IMG/VR virus record: IMGVR_UViG_3300030372_003757
Location: 1 to 39,873 of that record
Length of the DNA stretch: 39,873 nucleotides
Direction: 5' to 3' (one strand)
DNA from: a virus
Lineage: Duplodnaviria > Caudoviricetes
The notes under the pieces are model-generated. The model did no database searches, was not told where the DNA came from, and saw nothing but the letters and a program-made list of their open reading frames with translations. The position numbers and the translations under genes are program-made. This document shows, piece by piece, positions 8,889 through 18,400 of the stretch. The first letter of the stretch is position 1. Every line of letters begins with the position of its first letter.

Positions 8889-10565
8889 CTATAATATCAC
8901 CCAACCATTTCCTTCTTCTTCTATTCTCAGGACATTTCCAGAAGAATAGCTGGTTCCGGTTGGGTTTCTGACGGTAATGGCAGCGCCGGGGCTATACCCC
9001 AGGGCTTCCGCCGCCGCCTTGGGGTCGCTTGCCTCGCCATAGCTCTTGTCTCTGGAGACAGCACCAGAGGCCACCGTGCCAGCCATGTCTTGAGGACCCG
9101 TTGATGTGCTTGACTCAGCCGTGTCTGCGGCTCCAGCCCCCACGGACGTAACATCGACAAAGCACTCAGATGCTCTAGCTAAATCCGTGCTAACAATCAT
9201 GCCGTTATCTGATTCATGTATTTTAATGGGATGGTTGGCATACTTTCCCTTCCACACTACTTCCGCCGCCTTGGGGTTAGACGTTTGCCGAACAGTACCC
9301 ACCGAGGGGTCGGCGGTAAAATCAGCCACAAACTTGGATGTGGATGTCCCCACTTCGATGGATACGTCGGCAGTTGTTGAGGTCGGCTTGGTAATCTTTA
9401 TCGCTGGGCGAACTGCCCCTGTAGTGTCAGTAATCGCAGTGTGTACGTCGTTGTCTCCGCGAACCTGATATGTGCCAGTAACAAGCGATGTAGCCGCGCT
9501 GGGAAGATATGACTCAACCCCTTGGTCGGTGTACCCTGTGGAGTATGCCGAACCAGAGTTATACATTTCGTCCGTAGTTGGTGAAGTAAAATCATTAGAG
9601 AAGCTAACGGCATCCAGATAAAACTGTGCGCTGTTGGCACCTAACAGATTCCCGTCTGAATTATTCCCTATCCTTAGCGGATAACTGGCGTCACCCGCCA
9701 TGTTTCCAACAATATCGATATTACCGCTGTTGGTGGTAGCTGCACCACGTACATTAACAGAAGCCACCGAATTGTAATTGTCAAATACAACATCAATGAA
9801 ATACCACGCCCCAGTTGAAAGCTCCATGCTGTGTAAAAGCTGTGTTGCTACACTTGTGGTACCCGTAGCGATGTGAAGGTCTTTGGAGCCATCGACAAGG
9901 TTTTGAGAATAAAATATCCCCCAATCTCCACTAAACACTCCAGAACCATTCACAGACGCTTTGGTAATAACCCCCTGTATGTCAGAGAGCCCCGAGCCAG
10001 AGCCTAAAGACACAGGGTAAATCCAAAATGAAATCCGTATTCCGGCTCCACCGTCACTTGCAAAGTATTCGCTGTGTGGAGAACTAAAGTGGCATGAGTT
10101 TTGGAAGTTAGCACTTTTGCTTCCTACCACCCTGGTCGTTGAATAGGAACCGTTAGTAACAGCAAGGTCTAGCCCACGGCCAGACCAATCAGTTCCGTCG
10201 TCCTCGAAGTTGTAGTACGGGAATATCTGACTGGCAGGAATAGTGGTTAGCGACGACGCCGAAAAAGGTCTATTAGTGCCAAAAATGGACCCCACAGGAG
10301 TAACCGTCCAAACGGACGGGCGTTTGCCAATATCGTCACCGCCATCAGAAGGGCCCACAAAAGAAACGCCTCCAGGCTTGCCTCCAGTAGACCCAGGCTC
10401 CGATCCAGAAAACGCACCACTCTGCGAAATAGACACCTCAGTTCTGTAATCCGAACTAATCGGCGTAACGACACCGTTAATCCTTTCAGCCAGCACCGCA
10501 GTACCGGACGCAGGAGTTGAGCCGCTGGCCGCTGAAATGCTAGCAGTGGCTATTGCATACCTCAT
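8889..10565 (-). CDS. Tail fibre / receptor-binding protein with LamG (concanavalin A-like) domain
   Basis: Ser/Thr/Gly-rich; LamG-type motifs in order: YYNFEDDGTDWSG, ISFWIYP, WYFIDVVF, LRIGN, FYLDAVSF, EMYN. Confidence 0.7.
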   Translation of the reverse strand: MRYAIATASISAASGSTPASGTAVLAERINGVVTPISSDYRTEVSISQSGAFSGSEPGSTGGKPGGVSFVGPSDGGDDIGKRPSVWTVTPVGSIFGTNRPFSASSLTTIPASQIFPYYNFEDDGTDWSGRGLDLAVTNGSYSTTRVVGSKSANFQNSCHFSSPHSEYFASDGGAGIRISFWIYPVSLGSGSGLSDIQGVITKASVNGSGVFSGDWGIFYSQNLVDGSKDLHIATGTTSVATQLLHSMELSTGAWYFIDVVFDNYNSVASVNVRGAATTNSGNIDIVGNMAGDASYPLRIGNNSDGNLLGANSAQFYLDAVSFSNDFTSPTTDEMYNSGSAYSTGYTDQGVESYLPSAATSLVTGTYQVRGDNDVHTAITDTTGAVRPAIKITKPTSTTADVSIEVGTSTSKFVADFTADPSVGTVRQTSNPKAAEVVWKGKYANHPIKIHESDNGMIVSTDLARASECFVDVTSVGAGAADTAESSTSTGPQDMAGTVASGAVSRDKSYGEASDPKAAAEALGYSPGAAITVRNPTGTSYSSGNVLRIEEEGNGWVIL

Positions 10566-11023
10566 AATGACCTGGGCGGGGTTAGTCGAACGTCGTTGTC
10601 ATATCCTCGTCTAGTCGCGTACTGAGAAACCTGCAAAGAAGATATGTCATATCTTGCCTGATTGCCCGGCTTTCCACCAAACACCTTATGCTCTTGCGAA
10701 GGGACGTTGTAGTAAGACCCGATATCTGAGTTGAAACCGTCTGTTAATGTTAAAGAACGGTCTGTTCCGTGTGTGTGAATTGGCGGGAAGTTGCCGGGGT
10801 CTGGCAGAGGGTCGGAGTTTTCCCTGAACTGCGATGTCGGGTCAGCTTCGTCTGAGCCGTACCCACTTAATGGATAATCTACGATAGACTCATTTACTGT
10901 AACCGTAAGCGGTGCGTTCCTATTTGAAGGAATTGTGTCACTTAATAGCAACTCAATACGGTCAGCTAGGTCATCGTATCCTGCATCACGAAGCTGCTGG
11001 TTTATGTTTTGACGAAAAGACAT
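10562..11023 (-). CDS. Hypothetical tail-associated protein
   Basis: Track ORF 10562..11041; likely start is ATG at 11023 (TAATG overlap with upstream stop); ATGA overlap with the fibre gene. Confidence 0.55.
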   Translation of the reverse strand: MSFRQNINQQLRDAGYDDLADRIELLLSDTIPSNRNAPLTVTVNESIVDYPLSGYGSDEADPTSQFRENSDPLPDPGNFPPIHTHGTDRSLTLTDGFNSDIGSYYNVPSQEHKVFGGKPGNQARYDISSLQVSQYATRRGYDNDVRLTPPRSL

Positions 11024-12171
11024 TACTTTATTGGCCTCCAAGGCGGTCTTCGCTCAATACCCCAACTATAGCCAGGGCCTTCATTCTTCTTCTGTGGTGG
11101 ATAGAGCTGCTCCGCGCGTGCCGGGATGTCCGTTTCTTCGGGATATGGCTCTCCTGGCCCGGCAATTACTTTTAGCCACTTCCTTCCTTCCGGGGTGCCG
11201 TAGATAAGCTCCGTCAGTGTAGGGCCCCCCGGCTGATTATACCCATGAGAATAAGCCCATTGAGCCATCATATCAGCATCAAAAGTTCCACCAGGAAACT
11301 CTACCGGCGCAACTCGAACGTCTACAGGGTCTCCCTGTGCCCTCCGAATTGCGGCTGTGTTAATGATGTCTCCAATGGTAGCCGGAGTCTCTAATGCGGC
11401 TGAGCTAATCATCGCTATTTCTTCGGATTCTGTATGTCTTCGCGGATTGAACCCTCCCTTGTTCTGGTCCTTGTGCTCGTATTCATGCTGGGCTATGACC
11501 CCCCTATTCCAACCTGCACTGCTGGCCCCTCCTGGTTCTTTTTTGGGAACAACCACTGCCTCGTCGCTCGCAGAATAATAGGCGGGGCTGTTTATATCCA
11601 ACACGCGCCCAAAGTTGTCAAGTGTATATTCTCTTATGTTATCCCAATCTTCTTGTGGTCGCCGTTCAAGAAAAAGTCTTTTTGCTGTTTCGTCGTTCCA
11701 CTGATTCCTTTGGTCTACCAAATCTCCAAACATATTATGTAGCTTGTTTTCCTCGGCTACATTATGCAAGAATTTTGCCCTTGGCCCGTCATAGCCTGAA
11801 TGCAGCTCCTTTCCCAAGGCAGTAAAACGTCCGTAGTCTCTACGCCTTGGTGTGTACCTGGTATACCCTTCGCGCGTTTCTCCGGTATCTTGCCTTACGG
11901 CGACACTTGGCCAAAGCTCTGTATTCCCTTCGTCAAAAAATAGCGGTTCATCCCACGGAGCATGTCGCCGGTCGTATCCGGTGATTATGTAGTCTTCTAG
12001 TGGTCCGTTCATGCCCGGACCACTTCCTCCAGCCAGCATCGACCAGGTGAGATGTTTCATTGGAATCTCTCCCCGCTGATCCCTCTGCTCTTGGGTTCTT
12101 CTCCGCTTCATCATTTCGTTAAACAGCCTAGATTCTTCCCACCAATCCGGCCTGTTAAATTCGTCTGCCAT
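11023..12171 (-). CDS. Zincin-like (HExxH) metallopeptidase-domain protein
   Basis: AYYSASDEAVVV strand, then VIAQHEYEHKDQ (HExxH at 11473-11487) and a downstream ExxA (LETPA) as candidate third ligand; TAATG-coupled on both sides. Confidence 0.6.
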   Translation of the reverse strand: MADEFNRPDWWEESRLFNEMMKRRRTQEQRDQRGEIPMKHLTWSMLAGGSGPGMNGPLEDYIITGYDRRHAPWDEPLFFDEGNTELWPSVAVRQDTGETREGYTRYTPRRRDYGRFTALGKELHSGYDGPRAKFLHNVAEENKLHNMFGDLVDQRNQWNDETAKRLFLERRPQEDWDNIREYTLDNFGRVLDINSPAYYSASDEAVVVPKKEPGGASSAGWNRGVIAQHEYEHKDQNKGGFNPRRHTESEEIAMISSAALETPATIGDIINTAAIRRAQGDPVDVRVAPVEFPGGTFDADMMAQWAYSHGYNQPGGPTLTELIYGTPEGRKWLKVIAGPGEPYPEETDIPARAEQLYPPQKKNEGPGYSWGIERRPPWRPIK

Positions 12172-15119
12172 TACTTCACCCCACCAATTTCTATTTCATA
12201 AATAATAATTCGGTCTTCGCTTTGCTCGCCAGACAACTCGCAAGTTACCCACCGAATTGGCCTGCCTCTGAGGAACGGCAACTTGCCCGACCAGGGGAGA
12301 TATTTACTGCCGGGCTCGTCACCGTCCTCATGTTGAGACAGTTTCAGGTTTGCTACCGCTTCGGTAGCTCCCTGTATAATAGACACCCCATCTCCCCCGT
12401 CCCATTCGTTTAACACGGCTGGAGTGCTAGAGTGGTTATCGTATTTTTTAATGTTCAGCGTGGCATCATTGGTCGTTGGCTGAAACGTAACTCTGAAATA
12501 GCGTTTAGTGCTTTGCTCGGACTCAACCCAAGCAAACATACCTGACTTCCAGCTATAACTTATGTTGCTGCCTCCGTCTTTCAGCCCTTCATTGCAAACG
12601 TAGAACTCGTCATTGGTCACACCCATCAACAGCCTTCGCTGATTACCGTATGTCAGCTTAACGCTGTCCCCAATGTCCCATGAGTACGTCCATTTCGTCC
12701 ATGTTTTGCTTCTTATGTCATACACCAAAGACCTTCGCGGCCTGTCCCCTGAATCACCAACTCCCGTAACAAAGAAATAGACCAGTTCTTCTAGCGGGTC
12801 TACGCGAACGCTCCAGGTGCTTTTTTTGCTAAAGTCCAATAACTGGTCGCTCCACTGATCCGCGACATGTAGGCCAATAGGCTCCACGCCATTACCCTGA
12901 AACGCATACGGGCCTTCTTCGTCCATGATGTATAGAATGTTTTCATGCTGGTCGGCACAGTTATGGTTAATTGCACCACGCATAGCAGCCAGTTGCGGCT
13001 GAGCGTCAAGCAGGGGATTCTTTGCCCATGTAATCCGGTAGATGCTGTGTTCTTTTAAGGCGTAATACTGAGCCCCCATAACAATAGCACCAACCAGCTC
13101 GTCTTCGTCACGCACGTTTTCTTGAATTGCAATCTGAGTAATTACAGACTCAGGCAAATCTTGCTCAGAAATGTATATTGTGTTGCGTTCTTCTGGAGGG
13201 TTAATAATTGTGTATGCGGTGCCAGATGCTATTGTCGGAAGCGGTTTGTTTACAGTAATCGTTGTGGCGTTTGTTACGGTGACAATCTTGTACGTAGTCG
13301 CGTCAACTGCCGGATTGGGGCATATCAGCCGCCCCTCCAGGTCTGATGACCACCCTGTATTCGTTCCATTTATAGTGAGGGTGTTAGCAGTCGCAGCTAT
13401 GGTTCCAGTAGAATAAGTGGGATCAACAAGGTATGTCATGCGGTCCTGAAACGCACAGCACACCGACTTAAAAAACGGGGGTATAGCGTGCCTATTAGCA
13501 GCGGGGCGACCGTCTGTTTGAAGTAGCTTCTGTCGGTAATCGCCACGGAACAAAACCATTTGACCGTCCGTTACCTCGTCCTCCGTGTACCCCTCAAGAG
13601 TCCAAGTCATGGCAACCGTCTGGCTGCTTCCTATTCCCTCAGTCATTGTGACCGTAGTAGAAGTAACTGAGTCAACCACCCAAGACCTATTGTGGTTGGT
13701 GCTTCCCAGGACAGCAACCTTCATCCCCGCGACTATTCCATGACCCAGGGGGGCAGTAAATACCGCCGTACCGCTGTCCGTAACGACGCTAAATGTTCCC
13801 TTCTGCGGAAGTGTTGCCACAACATACGCAGTAGTAGCTTGATTAAACGTAGTGCGAAGCAGTTGAACGTGCGTTACCCGACCAGTGTTGTCTGATGAAT
13901 CAAAAGCCTGCGATGATGCCGAAAGGTTGCGCCACTCAAACTTATCATCAGCGTCAGCGGTAGTAACCCAAAACGGAGAAAGGTTGCTGTAAAACCGTGC
14001 CCCCTCACGCTCATCGAGGTACCTATAAAAGCAAGTATAATCGCCGCCTGTCGCACCGCGAACATTTGTACCGCCAGTAAAGTGGGTAGAAGTTAAATGC
14101 GCGTCATCAGAATTTTCGGTAACTAAAAGATTTCCTTCTGGACCGGCGACAGACTGATAAAGAGTTAAAACATTATCTGTTCTCGAAACAAGTATCTTGC
14201 CGTTGTGCCCGCTTGCATGTTCAATGGCGTTTTCTAAACGCTGTGCTATATCAGAGGTTGAAGAAAGACCGCCTATTCTTATCAAGGGCGGTGCTTCTGT
14301 GCCGCTGCTGTCGTCCCATGTGTAAGTAACAGCAGTTGTGGTTCCATCTGCGTTGTTTGCCGTAAGAGCTATTGTCTCTCCGTCGAGGTCCGTAAGAGTG
14401 TTTGTTACAACGGTGATTGTTGCAAACGCTGCGCGTCCTGTAGAAACACCATTTGCAAACCCTGTCGCAGCAATAGCTGAACTTCCGGCATCATCCTTAA
14501 CCGTTATGGCATTATTTCCAGAGGTGCCGCCTTGAAGCTGAGTAAGTGTTAAAACGCCTCCAGCGCGAGAAACTAATATAGAGCCGTCGTGCCCATTGGG
14601 TCCTCGAATTGTTGACATTAAATAAGAAGCCACATTGTTTCTAACAGTTGACCCCAAGCCATGAATGTCAACGTAAACCTCGCCACCAGGATAATTAGCA
14701 TCTGACTCCGCATATGTTGACTTGAATGTTCCTGTCCATTTAGCTCCCGTTGCAGTGTGTGTCCTGAAAATATACTTAACCGTTTTTCCAAACCCGTCCT
14801 TAATTGTTATAGAGCTGTGTCCGTTTGGGGCAGAGCCCAAAAGTGCTTCTGGGTCTATGTCGTTTGCTGGTGCATAATCAGTCAGCGTGTCAGAAGAAAG
14901 CGTGATGGTAGCCGTTGCTGGCTTCTCCACCTTGGGAGTAAGCATAGTTGGCGGTGTAGACGGTGGATCAATACCTAGTTCATTAGCCGCAGCGGAACGA
15001 CCGTCCCAGAATATACCGCGATTGATCCCGTTTACGCCTACAAGGTAGCCGTGCCGAGTCTTCGCAAATACCATTGGGTTGGTTGTATCCAGCCCTGTTT
15101 TGATAGTGGGTGCTGCCAC
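12171..15119 (-). CDS. Tail nozzle / packaged-DNA stabilisation protein (P22 gp10 / T7 gp12-like), main part, with inserted beta domains
   Basis: 982 aa. Beta-propeller-like segments (CCAFQDRMTY, IYISEQDLPES, YALKEHSIYRI, LYIMDEEGPYAF, SLVYDIRSKTWTKW) and a typical C-terminus (ISYSWKSG...WVTCELSG...IYEIEI); GTG start preceded by GGGAGG. Confidence 0.7.
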   Translation of the reverse strand: MAAPTIKTGLDTTNPMVFAKTRHGYLVGVNGINRGIFWDGRSAAANELGIDPPSTPPTMLTPKVEKPATATITLSSDTLTDYAPANDIDPEALLGSAPNGHSSITIKDGFGKTVKYIFRTHTATGAKWTGTFKSTYAESDANYPGGEVYVDIHGLGSTVRNNVASYLMSTIRGPNGHDGSILVSRAGGVLTLTQLQGGTSGNNAITVKDDAGSSAIAATGFANGVSTGRAAFATITVVTNTLTDLDGETIALTANNADGTTTAVTYTWDDSSGTEAPPLIRIGGLSSTSDIAQRLENAIEHASGHNGKILVSRTDNVLTLYQSVAGPEGNLLVTENSDDAHLTSTHFTGGTNVRGATGGDYTCFYRYLDEREGARFYSNLSPFWVTTADADDKFEWRNLSASSQAFDSSDNTGRVTHVQLLRTTFNQATTAYVVATLPQKGTFSVVTDSGTAVFTAPLGHGIVAGMKVAVLGSTNHNRSWVVDSVTSTTVTMTEGIGSSQTVAMTWTLEGYTEDEVTDGQMVLFRGDYRQKLLQTDGRPAANRHAIPPFFKSVCCAFQDRMTYLVDPTYSTGTIAATANTLTINGTNTGWSSDLEGRLICPNPAVDATTYKIVTVTNATTITVNKPLPTIASGTAYTIINPPEERNTIYISEQDLPESVITQIAIQENVRDEDELVGAIVMGAQYYALKEHSIYRITWAKNPLLDAQPQLAAMRGAINHNCADQHENILYIMDEEGPYAFQGNGVEPIGLHVADQWSDQLLDFSKKSTWSVRVDPLEELVYFFVTGVGDSGDRPRRSLVYDIRSKTWTKWTYSWDIGDSVKLTYGNQRRLLMGVTNDEFYVCNEGLKDGGSNISYSWKSGMFAWVESEQSTKRYFRVTFQPTTNDATLNIKKYDNHSSTPAVLNEWDGGDGVSIIQGATEAVANLKLSQHEDGDEPGSKYLPWSGKLPFLRGRPIRWVTCELSGEQSEDRIIIYEIEIGGVK

Positions 15120-15403
15120 TAGAGCCTCCCTGCCCTTACGTTTCCATTTGAGTCTTGATGCACAATATAGGACGTTCCTGCCCGCTTGTACGGAAATGCA
15201 GATATTATTGTACCAGCAACATCGGCACCGTCATTTGCAAATGAAAACAAAGTGTGCCCTTTCCTGCATGACAGCTTTCCAGGCTCATGGAATACCATGT
15301 TATTTACATCAATAGCTAGCTCAGGTGCATCGTGCGGATCACGATTGCTGGCATAGCCTATAAACTGACCAATCGGCTTTACGTTTGCTGGTTTATCTGA
15401 CAT
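15119..15403 (-). CDS. Small protein resembling the N-terminal segment of tail nozzle proteins
   Basis: 94 aa; F.G...P....A....N....G.L..RKG pattern typical of gp10/gp12-type N-termini; TAG stop overlaps the GTG start of the 982-aa gene. Confidence 0.55.
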   Translation of the reverse strand: MSDKPANVKPIGQFIGYASNRDPHDAPELAIDVNNMVFHEPGKLSCRKGHTLFSFANDGADVAGTIISAFPYKRAGTSYIVHQDSNGNVRAGRL

Positions 15404-15404
15404 C

Positions 15405-18400
15405 TTATTTCACTTTTTCGTATGTAGTTATCCAATTTCCGACCTTTATCATCTTGCTGTTACGAAGCCATTCTTCTGTCCACCCTTCTGTTTCAGACAA
15501 ACGGCTCCAGAAGGCAGGGTTATCAAACAACTCTTGAGTAATTTGGTGGGTGCCTGTAATTACAAAATCTGTGGGGTCTACCTCCCCGCGAGGTGTGCCC
15601 CTAAACCTAATTATTTCTCCAACTTCACCCAAAGGAAAACTTCTGGTCGTGGAAGTTCTTATGCCTCGCTTTGCAAGGTCAAGGGTATTGGTATACCTGC
15701 CCGTCACGTTTTTGTCGGAATACATTTTGTACGACATTGTGTGGACTTTGAATTTTTCCTTTGGCTTTTTGGTATGCTCGCCCAGCTTTCGTCTTGGTGC
15801 TGGCTTTTTGGGAAGGCCCATTAACTCACGGAAAGGGTCTCTCCCTATGGGGTGCATGGCCCCAGCCCCTTCTTCATATTCCCTGTAACTAGCCATAGGC
15901 ACGCCAGCCTGTGCAGCGTTAATAGCGGTTCGCATTATATTTTCTCTTTTGCGAGCACCCGCTCGGGCATTATCCGCTTTTTGCTTGCCCATTGCCGTCA
16001 GTGTTCCTTCGTCTAAATCTTCTGGGCCTGTGAACTCCCTGTTTCCGGCTATGTTGAGGGTCTGTATTCCAGGGTGCCTTGCCATGAAGCCACTAACCTT
16101 CTTTTTTATGCTTTCCACGCTGTCATATTCGCCAATTTCAAGCAGTGGCTTGCGCTCTTTTCTTGCAAGGCTTCTGGTAAGGCGAGCACCGGGCGAATTT
16201 TTTCTGTTTTTCCTTGTAAACAAGAATGTTGCGTCTGAATTAACTATATTCATTGCCGTTCTTGGGCCGTACTTCTTGTCTTTCCCGCCAACATACGTGT
16301 CCACTTCTTCCTGGGAGACTTCTCTAAGCCCTACTTCTTGAAGCCACGGAGCCGCCCCTGAACTTGTCGCAAACCCTGATGGAGCAACACCGCCAGTTTT
16401 GAGGCCAAGCTGTTGTCCAATCCTTATTCCCATCTGGTCTGCACCATCCTGACCGCCAGATATTATCTTCGTTACGCCCGGTGGCACTCCCGCACCGGGG
16501 GGAGTAAGCGTAGGAGGTGGCTGGGGTTTGGTGGAAATGTTCCCTAAAGGATCGGCATAGAAATCCGCAACAGGATTAGGCCCTGGCAAACCCGCTCCCA
16601 AAGCCATAGTGGTCCCTAGTTGATGGGCGGCTATGTTTGGAGCCTGGGCAGGTGCTCCGGCACCACCTTCAAAGTAACTCTGCCCAGGATTCTCTGGTAA
16701 ATCTGGGTGTATCTGGCGAAGGGTTATAGAGAAACTTTCACCGGCTGAAACACCATCTGCGAATATTGCGTGAGTTACTTTGTTTGCCACTTCTGCGGCC
16801 ATTATGTGAACGTCACCAACGCCAAGGGGAACATCAAACGGAGTAGAAACTTTCGACTTTGGCTGCGGCTTTGCGTTCTTTTTTTCCGTTGCTCCTTTTC
16901 CGTCTTTTCCCGTATACGCATACCCAAAGCTCATTACCGCAGGAGCGCCAAGGCGAATTGTCGTTATTGGCCTATCAAAAGAAGGAACGTGGTCTACATG
17001 CGGTGGTATTGAACCGCTGTCTTTGGGGTACACGTTTATTAAAGCGGAGTTTGGCCTCTGGTCTTCGCTGATTGCACCAGTTGCAATAAGCCTGTCTATC
17101 ACCTGATTAAGCCAAGTAGGCATTGGCTCTACCGCAACTTTTGTTGGGTCCTGTACGCCCTTGGGGAAAGTTCCCCCGGTAACGCTTTTTAAGTTCCCGT
17201 AAGAATAGAAATACCCAAAGTTTATCTGAGTCCTCTGGTTCTTTCTTGCCTTGCTTCCGGTTTGAATAACGGTGTTTGTTGCCGCAAACTTGTCTTTGTT
17301 TGCAATTAGCCAGCGAATCTCTTTTTCCATTCCGGCAATTTCTTGTTGCGAAAAAACGCCTTCGTGTTTTGAAAGGCCACCGACAGGGGGCGCGGATTGA
17401 GTTCCGTCAGGCAGGGTAACGGCAACCTCTTGGTCCCTGGAGTGCTTGACCCTTTGGGGGTTAAACCTCTGAGGGTCTATTTTTATCTTTTCCCTTCGTT
17501 CTTCTATGTATTTTGGGGCAAACGCTCCAGCCGCTTGACCTTCCCCTCTAAAGGGAGTCGCCCTTCCGGCCATGTGTTCATATTCTGCACTGTGCGGGTC
17601 TATGAGGTCTGCGGTGTCGGCACCGTCATGTAAAGCATCTACCAGTTCTTCGGGCGGGCTTTCTGGCTTGATTCCATATCTCGCTAAAATAGGAAGAACA
17701 ACAGTGCTTAAAATTTTCTTTTTTTCATCAAGCTCGCGTTCAGAGCCCCGCTGTCTTATTAGCCGCTTCCTTTCCTCAATTTGTCCAGCAATATTCCTCT
17801 TGGCTGTTTCGCTAACAATAGAGCCAGGGTCTTGCAGCATCGCCAAACTGAGCTTTTCCTCCAGCTCGTTAATCTCCCGAACATTTTGTCTGTTAGCTTG
17901 TTCAGGGGATACTTCTTGAACCGAAGCCCCTCCATACAGGTCTTCTTCTCTGCGCTTGTATTCACGTTCACCGGGCGCAGTTAAAGGAGCCCCGACCCTT
18001 CCCTGGTGAACACCAACAGCCCGACTAAAAGAAATCATTGCCTGGGCAAAATCGTCTTTTATGCTGTCGTCAAGGGCCGCAAATGGGGTGTTTTCTAAAT
18101 GAAGAAGGACCGCCTTTCGCTTGTCTAAAAGGGCGGCAAGTGCCCTGGGCACATCTGCGGGCACTTTTGTTCTTTTATCTTTATCGGGGAGTTCCCAGAC
18201 TTTAGTTTCTTTGTTTAATATTCTCTGGGTGACATTTGTTGTCTTTATCGCCATTACAATTTGCTCAAGTTCTTCTGTAGAGAACTGAGAGAGAGCGTGC
18301 ATCTGAGACTCTACGCTATTTGCGTTTTCTACGACTCGTTGCATTTTCTCAACCACAGGTATGGGATACCTGTCGCCAGCAGAAGCATATTCACCTGGGG

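Noticed and set aside
15119-15240. Programmed -1 frameshift joining the two nozzle ORFs
   Set aside because: Frames overlap, but no X XXY YYZ slippery site is seen and the second ORF has its own SD.
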